A stretch of 64,000 bases of DNA, taken from the NCBI GenBank assembly GCA_028694995.1, contig JAQVJU010000001.1, positions 15,314 to 79,313 on the forward strand, written 5' to 3'. Every line of letters starts with the position of its first letter. The stretch's first letter is position 1. The position numbers and the translations under genes are program-made. Shown in pieces: positions 8,884 through 19,954 of the stretch. The notes below the pieces were generated by a model that made no database searches, was not told where the DNA came from, and was given only the letters and a program-made list of their open reading frames with translations. This DNA comes from Minisyncoccota bacterium. Lineage in GTDB: Bacteria; Patescibacteriota; Minisyncoccia; UBA6257.

Positions 8884-10602
8884 ATGTCTACAATTAAAAA
8901 ACATCAAAAATTTTCTCATAGAAAAACCAAACAACCAATTGATCCTTTAAGGATTATTCCTTTAGGTGGTTTGGAAGAAATTGGCCGTAATATGGTCTTG
9001 TTTGAATACCAAAACCAAGTTTTGATTATTGATATGGGATTGCAATTCCCTGATGAAGATATGCCCGGGATTGATTTTATTATTCCTAATATAGAATACT
9101 TAACCAAACATCCAGAGAAAAAAATACTAGGAATTGTTATCACTCATGCCCATTATGACCATATTGGCGCCATTCCCTATCTGATTGACAAGATAAATTA
9201 CCCCCCAATCTTTACTGCTCCTTTAAGTAAAGGCATCATTTTAAAGAGACAGGAAGACTTTTCTAATTTAAAAAAACTTAATATTCAAGAAATATATCCA
9301 GGCAAGAAATTCATCTTGGGTCCATTTAAGATTACTCCTTTTCATTTAAACCATAATATTCCTGATACTCTTGGATTGGCAATAGACAGTCCTGCTGGTT
9401 TGATTATGTTTGCCACAGACTTTAAATTTGACCTTCAACCCATAGCAGACAAACCTGCTGACCTTTCACGAATTATTGACCTGGCTTCAAAGGGAACCAC
9501 TCTTTTAATGGCTGATTCAACCGGAGCTGAAAACCCTGGTCATTCTATCTCTGAGAAAACAATTATGGATAATATGGATCCTGTTTTTAGAGATGCTCAA
9601 GGCAGGATTATTTTATCAACCTTTTCTTCATTAATCAGCCGCGTCCAACAAGCAATCTGGCTTTCAGAAAAATACAATCGAAAAGTTGTCATTGAAGGAT
9701 TTTCCATGAAAACTAATGTTGCTATTGCGGAAAAATTAAAATATCTATCAATTAAAAAAGGCACTATTGTTGACTGGAAAACAGCAAGCCGATTAGAACC
9801 AAATAAGCTCACTGTTCTCTGCACTGGTGCCCAAGGAGAATCAGAGGCAGTTTTAATGCGAATTGTTAACCGACAACATAAATATCTTAGAATCCAGAAA
9901 AAAGATGTTGTTATCTTTTCTTCTTCTGTAGTCCCTGGTAATGAACTGGCTGTTCAAAACTTAAAAGATAATTTAGCTAAACAAGGCGCTAAAATCTATC
10001 ATTATAAAATGCTTGATATTCACGCCTCTGGCCATGGCTATCAAGAAGATTTAAAAACCATGATTAACTTAGTCAAACCTAAATTCTTCATTCCTATTCA
10101 TGGTCATTATTCAATGTTAAAAGCCCATGCAGAATTAGCTGAATCAGTCGGCATTGCTCCTAATAATGTGGTGTTGGCTATTAACGGCCAAGTAATTGAA
10201 TTGACAAAAAACAAAATAACAGCAACCCAAAAGTTTGTTCCTGCCAATTATATTATGGTTGACGGCTTAGGGGTTGGTGATGTTAAAGAAGTGGTTCTCA
10301 GGGCCAGACAAACTTTAGCCACTGATGGTATCTTTATTATTGTTGCTTTAGTAGATAGAAAAACAGGATTACTTCTAAATGATCCTCAGATTACTTCCCA
10401 AGGATTTGTCTATATGAAAGAATCAAAAGATTTAATTAATCAAACTAAAAAACTAGTCAGAGAAATTGTTAGTTCTTCTACTAGCGGCCATACATTTAAT
10501 GAAGAATATATTCGTAATAATTTAAGAAATAAAATAGGCCTGTTCCTGTTTAAGAAAACAGAAAGAAGGCCTATGGTTCTACCTATTGTAATTGAAGTTT
10601 AA
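8884..10602 (+). CDS. rnj: Ribonuclease J
   Basis: 'PLGGLEEIGRN', 'THAHYDHIG', 'GAQGE', 'HASGH', 'RRPMVLP'. Confidence 0.96.
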   Translation: MSTIKKHQKFSHRKTKQPIDPLRIIPLGGLEEIGRNMVLFEYQNQVLIIDMGLQFPDEDMPGIDFIIPNIEYLTKHPEKKILGIVITHAHYDHIGAIPYLIDKINYPPIFTAPLSKGIILKRQEDFSNLKKLNIQEIYPGKKFILGPFKITPFHLNHNIPDTLGLAIDSPAGLIMFATDFKFDLQPIADKPADLSRIIDLASKGTTLLMADSTGAENPGHSISEKTIMDNMDPVFRDAQGRIILSTFSSLISRVQQAIWLSEKYNRKVVIEGFSMKTNVAIAEKLKYLSIKKGTIVDWKTASRLEPNKLTVLCTGAQGESEAVLMRIVNRQHKYLRIQKKDVVIFSSSVVPGNELAVQNLKDNLAKQGAKIYHYKMLDIHASGHGYQEDLKTMINLVKPKFFIPIHGHYSMLKAHAELAESVGIAPNNVVLAINGQVIELTKNKITATQKFVPANYIMVDGLGVGDVKEVVLRARQTLATDGIFIIVALVDRKTGLLLNDPQITSQGFVYMKESKDLINQTKKLVREIVSSSTSGHTFNEEYIRNNLRNKIGLFLFKKTERRPMVLPIVIEV

Positions 10603-11422
10603 ACAATTCAACTGTGTTTTGAAAAGTAACTCTCTCAACTTCTTCTTGGGAGAGTTTTTTTATCTGAGCAATTTTCTTAGCCACTTCCCTAACATAAATA
10701 GGCTCATTTCTCTGACCACGATAAGGAATTGGCGCTACATATGGAGCATCAGTTTCAATTAATATTTTTTTCAAAAGTATTGCCTCTATTACCCTGTCCA
10801 TTTCTGAAGAATAAGTAATAACTCCTGACAATCCAATCAAAAACCCTTTATCAATAATCATTTTTGCCTGACTTAAATTCCCAGTAAAGAAATGAAATAC
10901 TCCTTGCCCTTTATATTCTTCAGCTTCTAAAATGGATAAAGCTTGTTCATATAGATTACGAACATGTAAACTTAAAGGTAATTGATATTTTTTAGCTATC
11001 TGAATTTGTTTTTTAAATTCTTTTTTTTGCGCTTCTTGATATTTCTCTTGATCTTTTTTTGAAAAATCTTTCAAGTAAGAATAATCTAAACCACATTCTC
11101 CAATTGCCACTACCTTAGGCTCTTGTAAAAGAATTTCAAAATTCCCATCAAAAACTTCTGGATTTTTAAATTCTGAATTAAAATTAATTGTATTTAATTC
11201 ATTCTTATCTACTTTCATTGGACCAGTATGGCTTGGATGCAAACCTACTGTAGCCCAGCAATTTTCATATTGTTTAGCAATAGCTACTGCTTTCTTAGAA
11301 GTTTCCAAACAAGTTCCAATATTAATTACAAAAACATTCTCTTGTTTGTTTTTTTGTATTATTTGCTCTAAATCTTTATCAAAAGCAGCTAAATTCAAAT
11401 GGGTATGTGAATCAAATATCAT
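10583..11422 (-). CDS. tatD: TatD family DNase
   Basis: 'DSHTHL', 'GLHP', 'IGECGLDY', 'ETDAPY', 'RNEP'. Confidence 0.93.
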   Translation of the reverse strand: MIFDSHTHLNLAAFDKDLEQIIQKNKQENVFVINIGTCLETSKKAVAIAKQYENCWATVGLHPSHTGPMKVDKNELNTINFNSEFKNPEVFDGNFEILLQEPKVVAIGECGLDYSYLKDFSKKDQEKYQEAQKKEFKKQIQIAKKYQLPLSLHVRNLYEQALSILEAEEYKGQGVFHFFTGNLSQAKMIIDKGFLIGLSGVITYSSEMDRVIEAILLKKILIETDAPYVAPIPYRGQRNEPIYVREVAKKIAQIKKLSQEEVERVTFQNTVELFKLQLQ

Positions 11423-11426
11423 AATA

Positions 11427-12467
11427 TTACAGAAGTTGTTTCTGAGGAATAAAAGAAGCTAAACGACCACTCTGAATATCTCTTAACAAATCAACTATAG
11501 CTGCGGCTAAGGGAATAGCAATAATAATTCCTGCAATTCCTGCTGTTTTACCTCCTATTAATAAAGCAATGATAATAACCAAAGGATTTAATTTCATTGT
11601 CTTGGCTCTTAATAAAGGAGCAATAAAACTTTCTATAGCTTGAATAACCATAAAGATAACTAAAACAGCAATACCTAGGAAAAAGCTTTGATTAAATCCA
11701 ATTAAGGTTGCTATCAACCCAATAATGATTGGACCGATATAGGGAATAAAATCAAATAAAGCAGTTAAGATGGCTAATAACTCAGCCTGAGGTATGCCTA
11801 AAATCTTAAAACTGATAAAAACTAAACTACCAACAAAACAACTTAAGATTAGTTGGGTAAAAAACCAATTACAAACTTTTCCTCGTGTTTTTCTCCAAAG
11901 CTCTATAACATAATTCTCATAAATCTTTGGGAAAATTAAAGAAATTGTTTTTTCTATTCCTTGTTTTTCTGTATTAATGAAAAAAGAAAACAATAAAACA
12001 GAAAAAGCAGTAAAAGCTCCACCAAGAATCTTGCTTAACAAACCAATAGATTGATTAAAAAATTCAAATAAATGACCTTGGGAAATACCTGTTAAACTTA
12101 ACCAGTTTTCTACAGAAGATTCTGGTAATTGCCATTCTTGCCATAATCGAAACAAAGATTCTTTATTTATCTCAGCAGGAATAAGGTTTATAAAATCAAG
12201 CATTGATTGGTTTAAGATAGGAATTAACCAAAAAGCCATTAGGCTTAAACTACCTAATAAAATTAAATACACCACTGAGGTTGCTAACCAACGATTTTTC
12301 CATTTTGTTTCTAAGTAATCAATGGGCTTTTCAAATAAAGAAGCTAAAATAAAGCTTAATAAGGCAATAAAAATAATTTGCCTAAAATACCAGGCAGCAA
12401 TAAAACCTATCAAGATGATATAAAATCTTAAAAAACTTTGCCAAGAAATATCTAGTTTTTGATTCAT
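11427..12467 (-). CDS. AI-2E family (UPF0118) membrane transporter
   Basis: 'FIPYIGP', 'LNPLVIIIALLIGG..GI.GIIIAIP'. Confidence 0.88.
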   Translation of the reverse strand: MNQKLDISWQSFLRFYIILIGFIAAWYFRQIIFIALLSFILASLFEKPIDYLETKWKNRWLATSVVYLILLGSLSLMAFWLIPILNQSMLDFINLIPAEINKESLFRLWQEWQLPESSVENWLSLTGISQGHLFEFFNQSIGLLSKILGGAFTAFSVLLFSFFINTEKQGIEKTISLIFPKIYENYVIELWRKTRGKVCNWFFTQLILSCFVGSLVFISFKILGIPQAELLAILTALFDFIPYIGPIIIGLIATLIGFNQSFFLGIAVLVIFMVIQAIESFIAPLLRAKTMKLNPLVIIIALLIGGKTAGIAGIIIAIPLAAAIVDLLRDIQSGRLASFIPQKQLL

Positions 12468-12468
12468 T

Positions 12469-13740
12469 TTAAATATAAAGTAATTTTTCTAGTTTTTCCT
12501 TATTCTTATGAGGACCAATTAAAGCTAAGTTTAAAAACTCAGGTTTTAATAAATCTTGAGCTACTTTTTGAATATCAGAAATAGTTATTTCTTTAATTTT
12601 TTTTAGATATTGCTCAGGTGTTTCTATTTCTTTTCTTAATAATTCATCAAAAGCAAATCCTTCTGCTAAATTATGAATATTTTCTAAACCTAGAGCCACT
12701 TTACCATTAATATAATTTTTAGCCTTTTTTAACTCTTTATTACCTATTTTTTTTGTTTTTAATTTACCCCATTCTTTTAAAATGACTCTGATTACTTCTT
12801 CTAAGCGTTTATTATCTATGCCTGCCCTAACAACCCAAAAACCATGACTTGAATGGGTGACCATTAAACTACTGACATAATAAGCTACTCCTAATTTATC
12901 TCTAATAGCTTGAAAAAGCATTCCAGACATCCCTCCATCTAAAATAGTATCTAACATTTTTAAAGCATACCTTCCCTTATCAAAAAAGTTTATGCCCCTT
13001 ACCCCTAAGGCTAAATGAGTTTGATCTGTTTTTCTATTTTCTATAAAAACTTGGGGTTTGTTTTGTTTTTCTTTAACCTTTTCCTTTGCTATTCCTTGGC
13101 CTGACTTTATATTATGAAAATATTTTTTTACTTTTTTAATAATTTCTTTTTCAGAAAAATTACCACTGATAACAACAATTGTTGATTCTGCCCTATACTG
13201 AGATTCCTTGTATTTAATAAAATCTTTTTTTTGAAAGTTTATAATATTTTCCTTTGGGCCTAAGATAGAACGACCTATGGGTTGGTTACCATATAATAAT
13301 CTTCTCCAATGATCCCAAACATATCTTCTGGGTTCATCTTTATACATATTAATTTCTTCAATAATAACTCCTTTTTCTTTTTTTATTTCTTGAGATGGAA
13401 ATTGAGAATTTAAAAAAATATCTGAAACTACATCTAGGGCTATGTCTTTATTTTGCTTTGCTACCTTAGCGTAATAACCTGTGTACTCAAAACTAGTAAA
13501 GGCATTGTAAGAGCCACCAACAGAATCTAATTCTTTAGTAATGGCAAAGTTAGAAGGACGTTTTTTAGTACCTTTAAAGCACATATGCTCTAAGAAATGA
13601 GAAATACCATTATTCTCTTTACTTTCAAAATCACTGCCTGTATTTACTAAAACCATGGCTTGAAAAGAAAGTGCCTCTTTAGAAGGAACTGTAAGTACTT
13701 TTAATCCATTATTAAGTTTTATTAATTTAAACTTATGCAT
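12469..13740 (-). CDS. M16 family zinc peptidase
   Basis: Inverted zinc motif 'GISHFLEHMCFKGT', 'NAFTS'. Confidence 0.93.
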   Translation of the reverse strand: MHKFKLIKLNNGLKVLTVPSKEALSFQAMVLVNTGSDFESKENNGISHFLEHMCFKGTKKRPSNFAITKELDSVGGSYNAFTSFEYTGYYAKVAKQNKDIALDVVSDIFLNSQFPSQEIKKEKGVIIEEINMYKDEPRRYVWDHWRRLLYGNQPIGRSILGPKENIINFQKKDFIKYKESQYRAESTIVVISGNFSEKEIIKKVKKYFHNIKSGQGIAKEKVKEKQNKPQVFIENRKTDQTHLALGVRGINFFDKGRYALKMLDTILDGGMSGMLFQAIRDKLGVAYYVSSLMVTHSSHGFWVVRAGIDNKRLEEVIRVILKEWGKLKTKKIGNKELKKAKNYINGKVALGLENIHNLAEGFAFDELLRKEIETPEQYLKKIKEITISDIQKVAQDLLKPEFLNLALIGPHKNKEKLEKLLYI

Positions 13741-15106
13741 TATTTAATTTTTCTTTTATATATTGAACAATATCTGAACATTTAATCCTTTCTTGTTTCA
13801 TTGTATCTCGGTCACGAATAGTAACTGTATCATCTTCTAGGGTTTGATAATCAATGGTAATACACCAAGGCGTGCCAATTTCATCTTGACGGCGATATCT
13901 TTTCCCAATATTGCCAATATCGTCCCAGAGAGTCATAAATTCTGGTTTTAAAACATTAAAAACACTCTTTGCTTTTTTAGTTAATTCAGGTTTATTAGCT
14001 ACTAAAGGAAAAACTGCTGCCTTGTATGGCGCTAATGTTGGTTTCATTTTCAAAAACACTCTCTTGTCTTTATTGACCATTTCTTCTCTATAACTTTCTG
14101 CTAAAACAGAGAGAAAAGTTCTTTGTAAACCACCAGAACATTCAATAATGTATGGAACATATCTTTTTTTTGTTTGGGGGTCAAAATAATCAAGAGTTTT
14201 GCCAGAAAACTTACCATGTTGGGTTAAATCATAATCAGAACGATGGTGCACTCCTTCTAATTCTTCAAAATCATTAAAGAATTTGTATTCAATATCCCAA
14301 GCATCTTTTGCATAAAAAATCCTTTCTTCTGGAGTATGTTGTCTCCAGCGCAACCTTTCTTTACTTAAACCAATATCTTCCAAATACCAATTTAATCTAA
14401 TTTTTTTCCATTCTTCATATACTTTATCTGCATTTTCTGGAGCACAGAAATATTGGATATCCATTTGTTCAAATTCTCGAACCTTAAACAAGAATTTCCC
14501 TAAAGTAATTTCATTACGGAAAGCCTTACCTATTTGCCCTATACCAAAAGGAATTTGTGCAGCCATTGTATCTCTAACTGGTAGATAATCAAGATAAATA
14601 TTTTGACAAGATTCTCCTTTAAGGTATACCTTCATTTTTTCTCCAGCCACTGCCCCAACCTCAGTGGCCATTAAAAGATTGAATTCTTTTACTGTTGGTA
14701 TTAATTCTCCTTTACAATCAGGACAAGTTAAACTACCTTGTTCTAAAATCTTCCATTCTCCTGTTTGATTATCTTTTTCTAATATCCAGCCTTCAAGATG
14801 ATCAGCCCGAAATCTTTTTTTACAAACCGGGCATTGGATTAAAGGATCAGTAAAAGCAACTGTATGACCACTAGCCTCCCATGCCTTTGGATGCATCAGA
14901 ATAGACCCATCAATTAAATAAATATCATCTCTTTCCTGAACCATTTTTTTAATCCAAAGGTCACGAATATTTTTAGCTAAAAGCGAGCCCAGAGGACCAA
15001 AATCATAAACATTAGCTAGGCCACCATAAATCTCAGAAGAGAGATAAACAAAACCTCTTCTTTTGCATAAAGAAATGATTTTTTCCATTAAATCACTTTG
15101 ATTCAT
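13733..15106 (-). CDS. glyQS: Glycine--tRNA ligase (alpha2 type)
   Basis: 'KRRGF..SSEIYGG', 'GKAFRNEI', 'REFEQM', 'IGKRYRRQDEIGTP'. Confidence 0.95.
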   Translation of the reverse strand: MNQSDLMEKIISLCKRRGFVYLSSEIYGGLANVYDFGPLGSLLAKNIRDLWIKKMVQERDDIYLIDGSILMHPKAWEASGHTVAFTDPLIQCPVCKKRFRADHLEGWILEKDNQTGEWKILEQGSLTCPDCKGELIPTVKEFNLLMATEVGAVAGEKMKVYLKGESCQNIYLDYLPVRDTMAAQIPFGIGQIGKAFRNEITLGKFLFKVREFEQMDIQYFCAPENADKVYEEWKKIRLNWYLEDIGLSKERLRWRQHTPEERIFYAKDAWDIEYKFFNDFEELEGVHHRSDYDLTQHGKFSGKTLDYFDPQTKKRYVPYIIECSGGLQRTFLSVLAESYREEMVNKDKRVFLKMKPTLAPYKAAVFPLVANKPELTKKAKSVFNVLKPEFMTLWDDIGNIGKRYRRQDEIGTPWCITIDYQTLEDDTVTIRDRDTMKQERIKCSDIVQYIKEKLNNA

Positions 15107-15133
15107 TTTATTTATTCTTTATTATTATTTTCT

Positions 15134-16867
15134 CTACAATCCAACAATGCCTTCATTTGGCAATACGGTTTTATCAGTTAATTCAATAGATTTAACTGCC
15201 GGATAATTTAAATTAATATTCTTTCCAGTAAAAGCATCTGTGGCTGTAAAGGTAGTTCTTTCTATCAAATCTATTGCCTGATTAATATGCGCTGTTGAAG
15301 GAGTAACTTTTATTTGGAAGATAAGTTCTTGAGCTTTAGTAATAATTCCTGAACCAGCTGGAATAATATCAATTTGCCAAGAAAACTCACGGGTTAAAGG
15401 ATCATATGTTGGACGATTAGAGCCATAATTACCACTAATTTGACTGGTAAATTCTACCCAGAGAGGTAAGGTGGTGCGGATTTTTACATCTCTTAAAGAA
15501 TTAAAACTATTTAACACCTTCCAGTGAATAGTAAAATCAGTAGCATTATTAGCTCTTAAAGGCAAACTACCAGTATTTGCTATCTGCGAAGGAGCATCAC
15601 GAAAATAACTTTCAATCACTAAATTACCACCACTATTAATTTTAATCGTATTCAAAGTTGCTGCCCGAGGCAATTCACTCACTTCTAGTTGTTCTGGTAC
15701 ATTAGAGCTTTTAATCAGTGTTTGTATTTCTAATATTACATTCTTTTGAACCGCGCTTGTCATTGGCCAATCTTCTTTTAACTTTATTGAAAATTCTAAA
15801 GTTCCTTTTTCTCCTGGATTAAGAGAATAAAGCGGCGCCACTTTTGCCCCAGACCAAACCAATGTATTAGTTTTTGATAAAAATGTTGCTTTTGGAGCCT
15901 TTAAAGTTGATAAATCAAAAGCTTCACCTTTTAACACTACTTCAACATCTAAATTCCTTAAAGTAGCAGAATAATTGTTTTGATAATCTATGACAACCTC
16001 TAAGGTTTCTCCTAAGTCAGCATTGTAATTAATTTGACTATTAACTAAAGAAGAAATAGCTAAGGGATTTTTAATTACTGTTAGAAAACTTTCAGCTTTG
16101 CTTAAAGGAAGAAAAACCCCATCCTTTACCATGCCTAGGTTTAAAATGATTCTTTTTGTTTCTCCAGCTTGTCCAGTCATAAATCCTTTGACAAGAACCT
16201 TGCCTTGACTGGCTGGGTATAATTCCCCTAATGTCCATCGATTATCTCCTGTGGCAGAAATTTCAGGAACAGATTCTTGAAAGATAAAACCTGTGGGCCA
16301 CTCCACTCGTACTTCAACATTGTCAAAGGTATAACCAGAAAGATTTTCCCAATTAATTTCTAAAGGAAAAACTTGTTCAGCAAAAACCTGGCTCAAGGTA
16401 ACAGCTTCTAATCTAAAAGAAGAACCAGAAATTAAAACAGATTTAACAGCTTTCTTTTCAAAAACAGAGCTAATTCCTTTTGAGCGATAAGCGAGAACTG
16501 CTTCAATTTTTTTTAATGTTTTTGATTCTCCAGTAATTAACAAACTAACTTCTTTTTTACCCATTGATAATGAATCTATTTCTTCTAGCTTTAAAGTGAG
16601 AACTTTTTCTTTAGGATTATCAACAGCAAATACCCCTTCAGGCAATTTTATCTTTATCTCTGCTTCTTCAAGCTTTACTCGGGATTTATTCTCAACTGTT
16701 AAAGAAAACTCCTTTACTTCACCAGATTTAGCTTCATCAGTTCCAGAAAAAACAAAATCTACTCCTCCTCTATTAAAAAATCCCCAAGTTAAATAACCAA
16801 TGATTAATATTAAAATTGTAATGACTACACCTCCCCAAAAAGTTTTAAAAAATGCTTTAATCTCCAT
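15134..16867 (-). CDS. Membrane-anchored protein with repeated Ig-like/DUF11-like beta domains
   Basis: N-terminal TM; repeated 'W.LG.L.P...G' beta-sandwich motifs. Confidence 0.7.
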   Translation of the reverse strand: MEIKAFFKTFWGGVVITILILIIGYLTWGFFNRGGVDFVFSGTDEAKSGEVKEFSLTVENKSRVKLEEAEIKIKLPEGVFAVDNPKEKVLTLKLEEIDSLSMGKKEVSLLITGESKTLKKIEAVLAYRSKGISSVFEKKAVKSVLISGSSFRLEAVTLSQVFAEQVFPLEINWENLSGYTFDNVEVRVEWPTGFIFQESVPEISATGDNRWTLGELYPASQGKVLVKGFMTGQAGETKRIILNLGMVKDGVFLPLSKAESFLTVIKNPLAISSLVNSQINYNADLGETLEVVIDYQNNYSATLRNLDVEVVLKGEAFDLSTLKAPKATFLSKTNTLVWSGAKVAPLYSLNPGEKGTLEFSIKLKEDWPMTSAVQKNVILEIQTLIKSSNVPEQLEVSELPRAATLNTIKINSGGNLVIESYFRDAPSQIANTGSLPLRANNATDFTIHWKVLNSFNSLRDVKIRTTLPLWVEFTSQISGNYGSNRPTYDPLTREFSWQIDIIPAGSGIITKAQELIFQIKVTPSTAHINQAIDLIERTTFTATDAFTGKNINLNYPAVKSIELTDKTVLPNEGIVGL

Positions 16868-16887
16868 AGGTTTAAAATATTTAAAGA

Positions 16888-17616
16888 TTATGAACTCATT
16901 ATATCTGATTTTATAGCTAAAGTAAATTCATCTAAAAACCGCTTGAGATATTTTTTTTCTTTTAAAACCTCATTAACTTGAGAACGACGCAAGAATTGTT
17001 GTAAAGAAGAATTAAATAACAAATTCAAAATTCTTTTTTGTTGAGTATTTATTGGCCAATCTTGCTCTTGGTGATGTTGAGGACAGACAATGCCTTTTTT
17101 TTGAAAACTAAAAAACCTATTATTAATTGTTTTTCCACATTCAACACAACCTTCTAAAAATGGAAACAAGCCTAAAATTTCTAAAAACTTAGCATTAAAA
17201 TAAAGCCAAAGAAAATCAGCAATTTCAGGAAATTTATCAAAATTCTCTTCTAGAAAATAAAAAGAATCATAAAGAAGTTTCCAAATTTCTGGCTCAATTT
17301 GATTTTCAATTGTAAGCTTATCTACTAAATCTACAATCAAGAAAGAAACTAATAAAGGTTTTTTCTTTTTTTTAATTACGGGAAAAGAAAATTTCTCCAA
17401 GGCGCTAACTAAACGGGGATTTTGAGACATTGTAAATTGTATCTCCACTAATGAAGGCACTTCTAAATGACCAGGTAATTTTGCGTTTATTTTTCTAGCC
17501 CCTGGAGTCAGTAAATTTATTTTACCAAATTTCTGAGTATAAAAAGTATAATTCCGATCATGCTCTCTTACTGGTTCTTGTTTTAAAACAAAAGCTAAAG
17601 TTGTATAGTATTCCAT
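16888..17616 (-). CDS. recO: DNA repair protein RecO
   Basis: 'E.DR.Y..YT..FGKI...GARK', zinc finger 'CVECG...CPQH'. Confidence 0.9.
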   Translation of the reverse strand: MEYYTTLAFVLKQEPVREHDRNYTFYTQKFGKINLLTPGARKINAKLPGHLEVPSLVEIQFTMSQNPRLVSALEKFSFPVIKKKKKPLLVSFLIVDLVDKLTIENQIEPEIWKLLYDSFYFLEENFDKFPEIADFLWLYFNAKFLEILGLFPFLEGCVECGKTINNRFFSFQKKGIVCPQHHQEQDWPINTQQKRILNLLFNSSLQQFLRRSQVNEVLKEKKYLKRFLDEFTLAIKSDIMSS

Positions 17617-17709
17617 AATATTAAAATTGAGTTTTTATCCTTCAGATAGTATACAAAATAAAGGGCTTTGCCTTCAAGAGAGAATTTAGATATAATAATT
17701 AAAGTCCAA

Positions 17710-17781
17710 CCCCCTGTAGTTTAATGGATAGAATGCGGGATTGCGGATCCCGTGATCGAGGTTCGACTCCTCGCAGGGGGA
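17710..17781 (+). tRNA. tRNA-Arg(GCG), no CCA
   Basis: Acceptor CCCCCTG/CAGGGGG; anticodon arm CGGGA-TTGCGGA-TCCCG. Confidence 0.92.
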
Positions 17782-17784
17782 CTT

Positions 17785-19953
17785 ATGAATTCTGTTATCA
17801 AGCTCTCTGATTCAGTTTCTAAAATACGCGGTATCGGACCGCGTTATTTAAAATATCTAGAAAAATTAGGTATTAAAACTATCAAAGATTTACTTTGGTA
17901 TTTTCCTTTTCGTTATGAAGATTTTGCTAAGATTAAAAAGATTAATGAATTAGAGCCAGATATTAAAACCTCTGTAAGAGGAATTGTAAAAAAAATGGAT
18001 ATTAGGCGCAGTTTCCGAAAAAAAATGTTTATCTTAGAGGCTTTAATAGAAGATGAAACAGGAGAAATTACTGCTATTTGGTTTAATCAACCTTATTTAA
18101 AAAAGAATATTCCTATTGGCTCTATTGTTTCCTTATCAGGAAAAATAACTCAAAAAGGAAAAAAATTCATTATCTCCAGTCCAGCTTATGAAGTAATTTC
18201 CTTTTCAGCAACAAATAAAAATCTTCCTAAAGAAACCTTGCATACAGGACGCTTAGTTCCTGTTTATTCAGAAACTCAAGGATTAAGTTCCCGGGCATTG
18301 CGTTATTTTATAAAACCATTATTAAAAACAACTATTAATCTCAAAGAACCAATACCAGATTTCCTAATGGAAAAATACAAATTAATGAATTTATCACAAG
18401 CTCTCCAACAGATTCATTTTCCTTCTTCTTTATTTTTAGCTCAAAAAGCCAAAGAAAGATTTATCTTTGAATCACTTTTGCTTTCTCAAATTTTTCTTTT
18501 AAAAAATAAAAAAAGAAATTCTCTTATAAAAGCTCCTCAAATTAACTTAAATGTTCCCTTACTTCAAAAGTTTGTAAAATCTCTGCCTTTTACCCTAACT
18601 GATTGTCAAAAAAAAGCTATCTGGGAAATAGCTAAAAACTTAAACCAAAGCCCAATGAACCGTCTTTTAGAAGGAGAGGTTGGTTCAGGAAAAACTATAG
18701 TTGCTATGAGCGCAGCTTTATTAGCTATAAAGTCAAATTATCAGGTAGCTTTAATGGCCCCAACTGAAATTTTGGCCCAACAACACTACGATAAATTTAA
18801 AAGTTTCCTATCTCCTTTTAATTTAAAAATTGCTTTACTCACTTCTTCAAAAGCTAAAATTTATGACAATGAATTAGAAGGTGATATTTCAAAAAAAGCC
18901 CTTTATAAAACAATTTCTTCTCCTCTTATAGATATTCCTATTATTACTATTGGCACTCATGCTTTAATTCAAAAAAATGTTCGTTTTAGTCGCTTGGGTC
19001 TAATAATTGTTGATGAACAACATCGTTTTGGGGTTGAACAAAGAAAAAAACTCATTTCAAAAAATGATAATCAAAAAGAAATCCCTCATCTCTTATCAAT
19101 GACCGCCACTCCAATCCCTCGCACCTTAGCCTTGGCTTTTTACGGGGATTTAGATCTTTCTGTTTTAGATGAATTACCAAAAGAAAGAAAAAAAATCATC
19201 ACTGAAATCATCACTGAAAAAAACAAAAACAAAGTTTATGAATTTATTCGTCAGGAAATAAAAAAAGGGCGCCAGGCCTTTGTTATCTGTCCTCGAATTG
19301 AAGAAACTGAAAATTCAGATGTAAAAGCAAAAGATCTTCTTGATTTATCTGTAAAACTAAATTATGAGGTTAAGGCCGTTAAAAAAGAACATCAAAAATT
19401 AAGCCAGGATATTTTCCCTGATTTAAAAATTGGAATGCTTCATGGGAAAATGCTACCAAAAGAAAAAGAAAAGATTATGCAAGATTTTATTAAAAACAAG
19501 ACTAATATCCTAGTTTCTACTTCTGTTATTGAGGTGGGTATAGATATTCCCAATGCTTCAATTATGATTATTGAAGGCGCTGAGCATTTTGGCTTAGCTC
19601 AACTTCATCAATTCAGAGGACGCATTGGCAGATCTGTTCATCAATCCTATTGTTTTATTTTCACAGAAGCTCCTTATCAACAAACTGCCAAACGTTTAAA
19701 GATTTTAGAAAAATGTCATGATGGATTTCGCTTAGCAGAAATAGATTTATCCCTAAGAGGTCCGGGTGAATTCTTAGGCACCAAACAATCAGGTATTCCA
19801 GATTTAGTTATGAGCTCTCTTCTTAATAAAGAATTTATAGAAAAAGTCCACCAAGAAGCAAAAGAAATTTTAAAACAAGATTTTTCATTAAAAAAATGGC
19901 CTTTGTTATTGGCCAATTTTCAAGATTTTTCCAAAAATACTCTTCAACAATAA
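17785..19953 (+). CDS. recG: ATP-dependent DNA helicase RecG (start moved to the ATG after the tRNA)
   Basis: 'RLLEGEVGSGKT', 'DEQHRFGV', 'MTATPIPRTL', 'QLHQFRGRIGR', 'LRGPGE'. Confidence 0.96.
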   Translation: MNSVIKLSDSVSKIRGIGPRYLKYLEKLGIKTIKDLLWYFPFRYEDFAKIKKINELEPDIKTSVRGIVKKMDIRRSFRKKMFILEALIEDETGEITAIWFNQPYLKKNIPIGSIVSLSGKITQKGKKFIISSPAYEVISFSATNKNLPKETLHTGRLVPVYSETQGLSSRALRYFIKPLLKTTINLKEPIPDFLMEKYKLMNLSQALQQIHFPSSLFLAQKAKERFIFESLLLSQIFLLKNKKRNSLIKAPQINLNVPLLQKFVKSLPFTLTDCQKKAIWEIAKNLNQSPMNRLLEGEVGSGKTIVAMSAALLAIKSNYQVALMAPTEILAQQHYDKFKSFLSPFNLKIALLTSSKAKIYDNELEGDISKKALYKTISSPLIDIPIITIGTHALIQKNVRFSRLGLIIVDEQHRFGVEQRKKLISKNDNQKEIPHLLSMTATPIPRTLALAFYGDLDLSVLDELPKERKKIITEIITEKNKNKVYEFIRQEIKKGRQAFVICPRIEETENSDVKAKDLLDLSVKLNYEVKAVKKEHQKLSQDIFPDLKIGMLHGKMLPKEKEKIMQDFIKNKTNILVSTSVIEVGIDIPNASIMIIEGAEHFGLAQLHQFRGRIGRSVHQSYCFIFTEAPYQQTAKRLKILEKCHDGFRLAEIDLSLRGPGEFLGTKQSGIPDLVMSSLLNKEFIEKVHQEAKEILKQDFSLKKWPLLLANFQDFSKNTLQQ

Positions 19954-19954
19954 A

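Noticed and set aside
10583-10602. 20-nt convergent overlap of rnj and tatD
   Set aside because: Short 3' overlaps are common in compact genomes.
17752-17784. ORF-track N-terminal extensions of recG, and likewise htrA (to 21052), infB (to 32566) and trpS (to 55303)
   Set aside because: They run through tRNA genes; downstream ATGs give normal protein starts.
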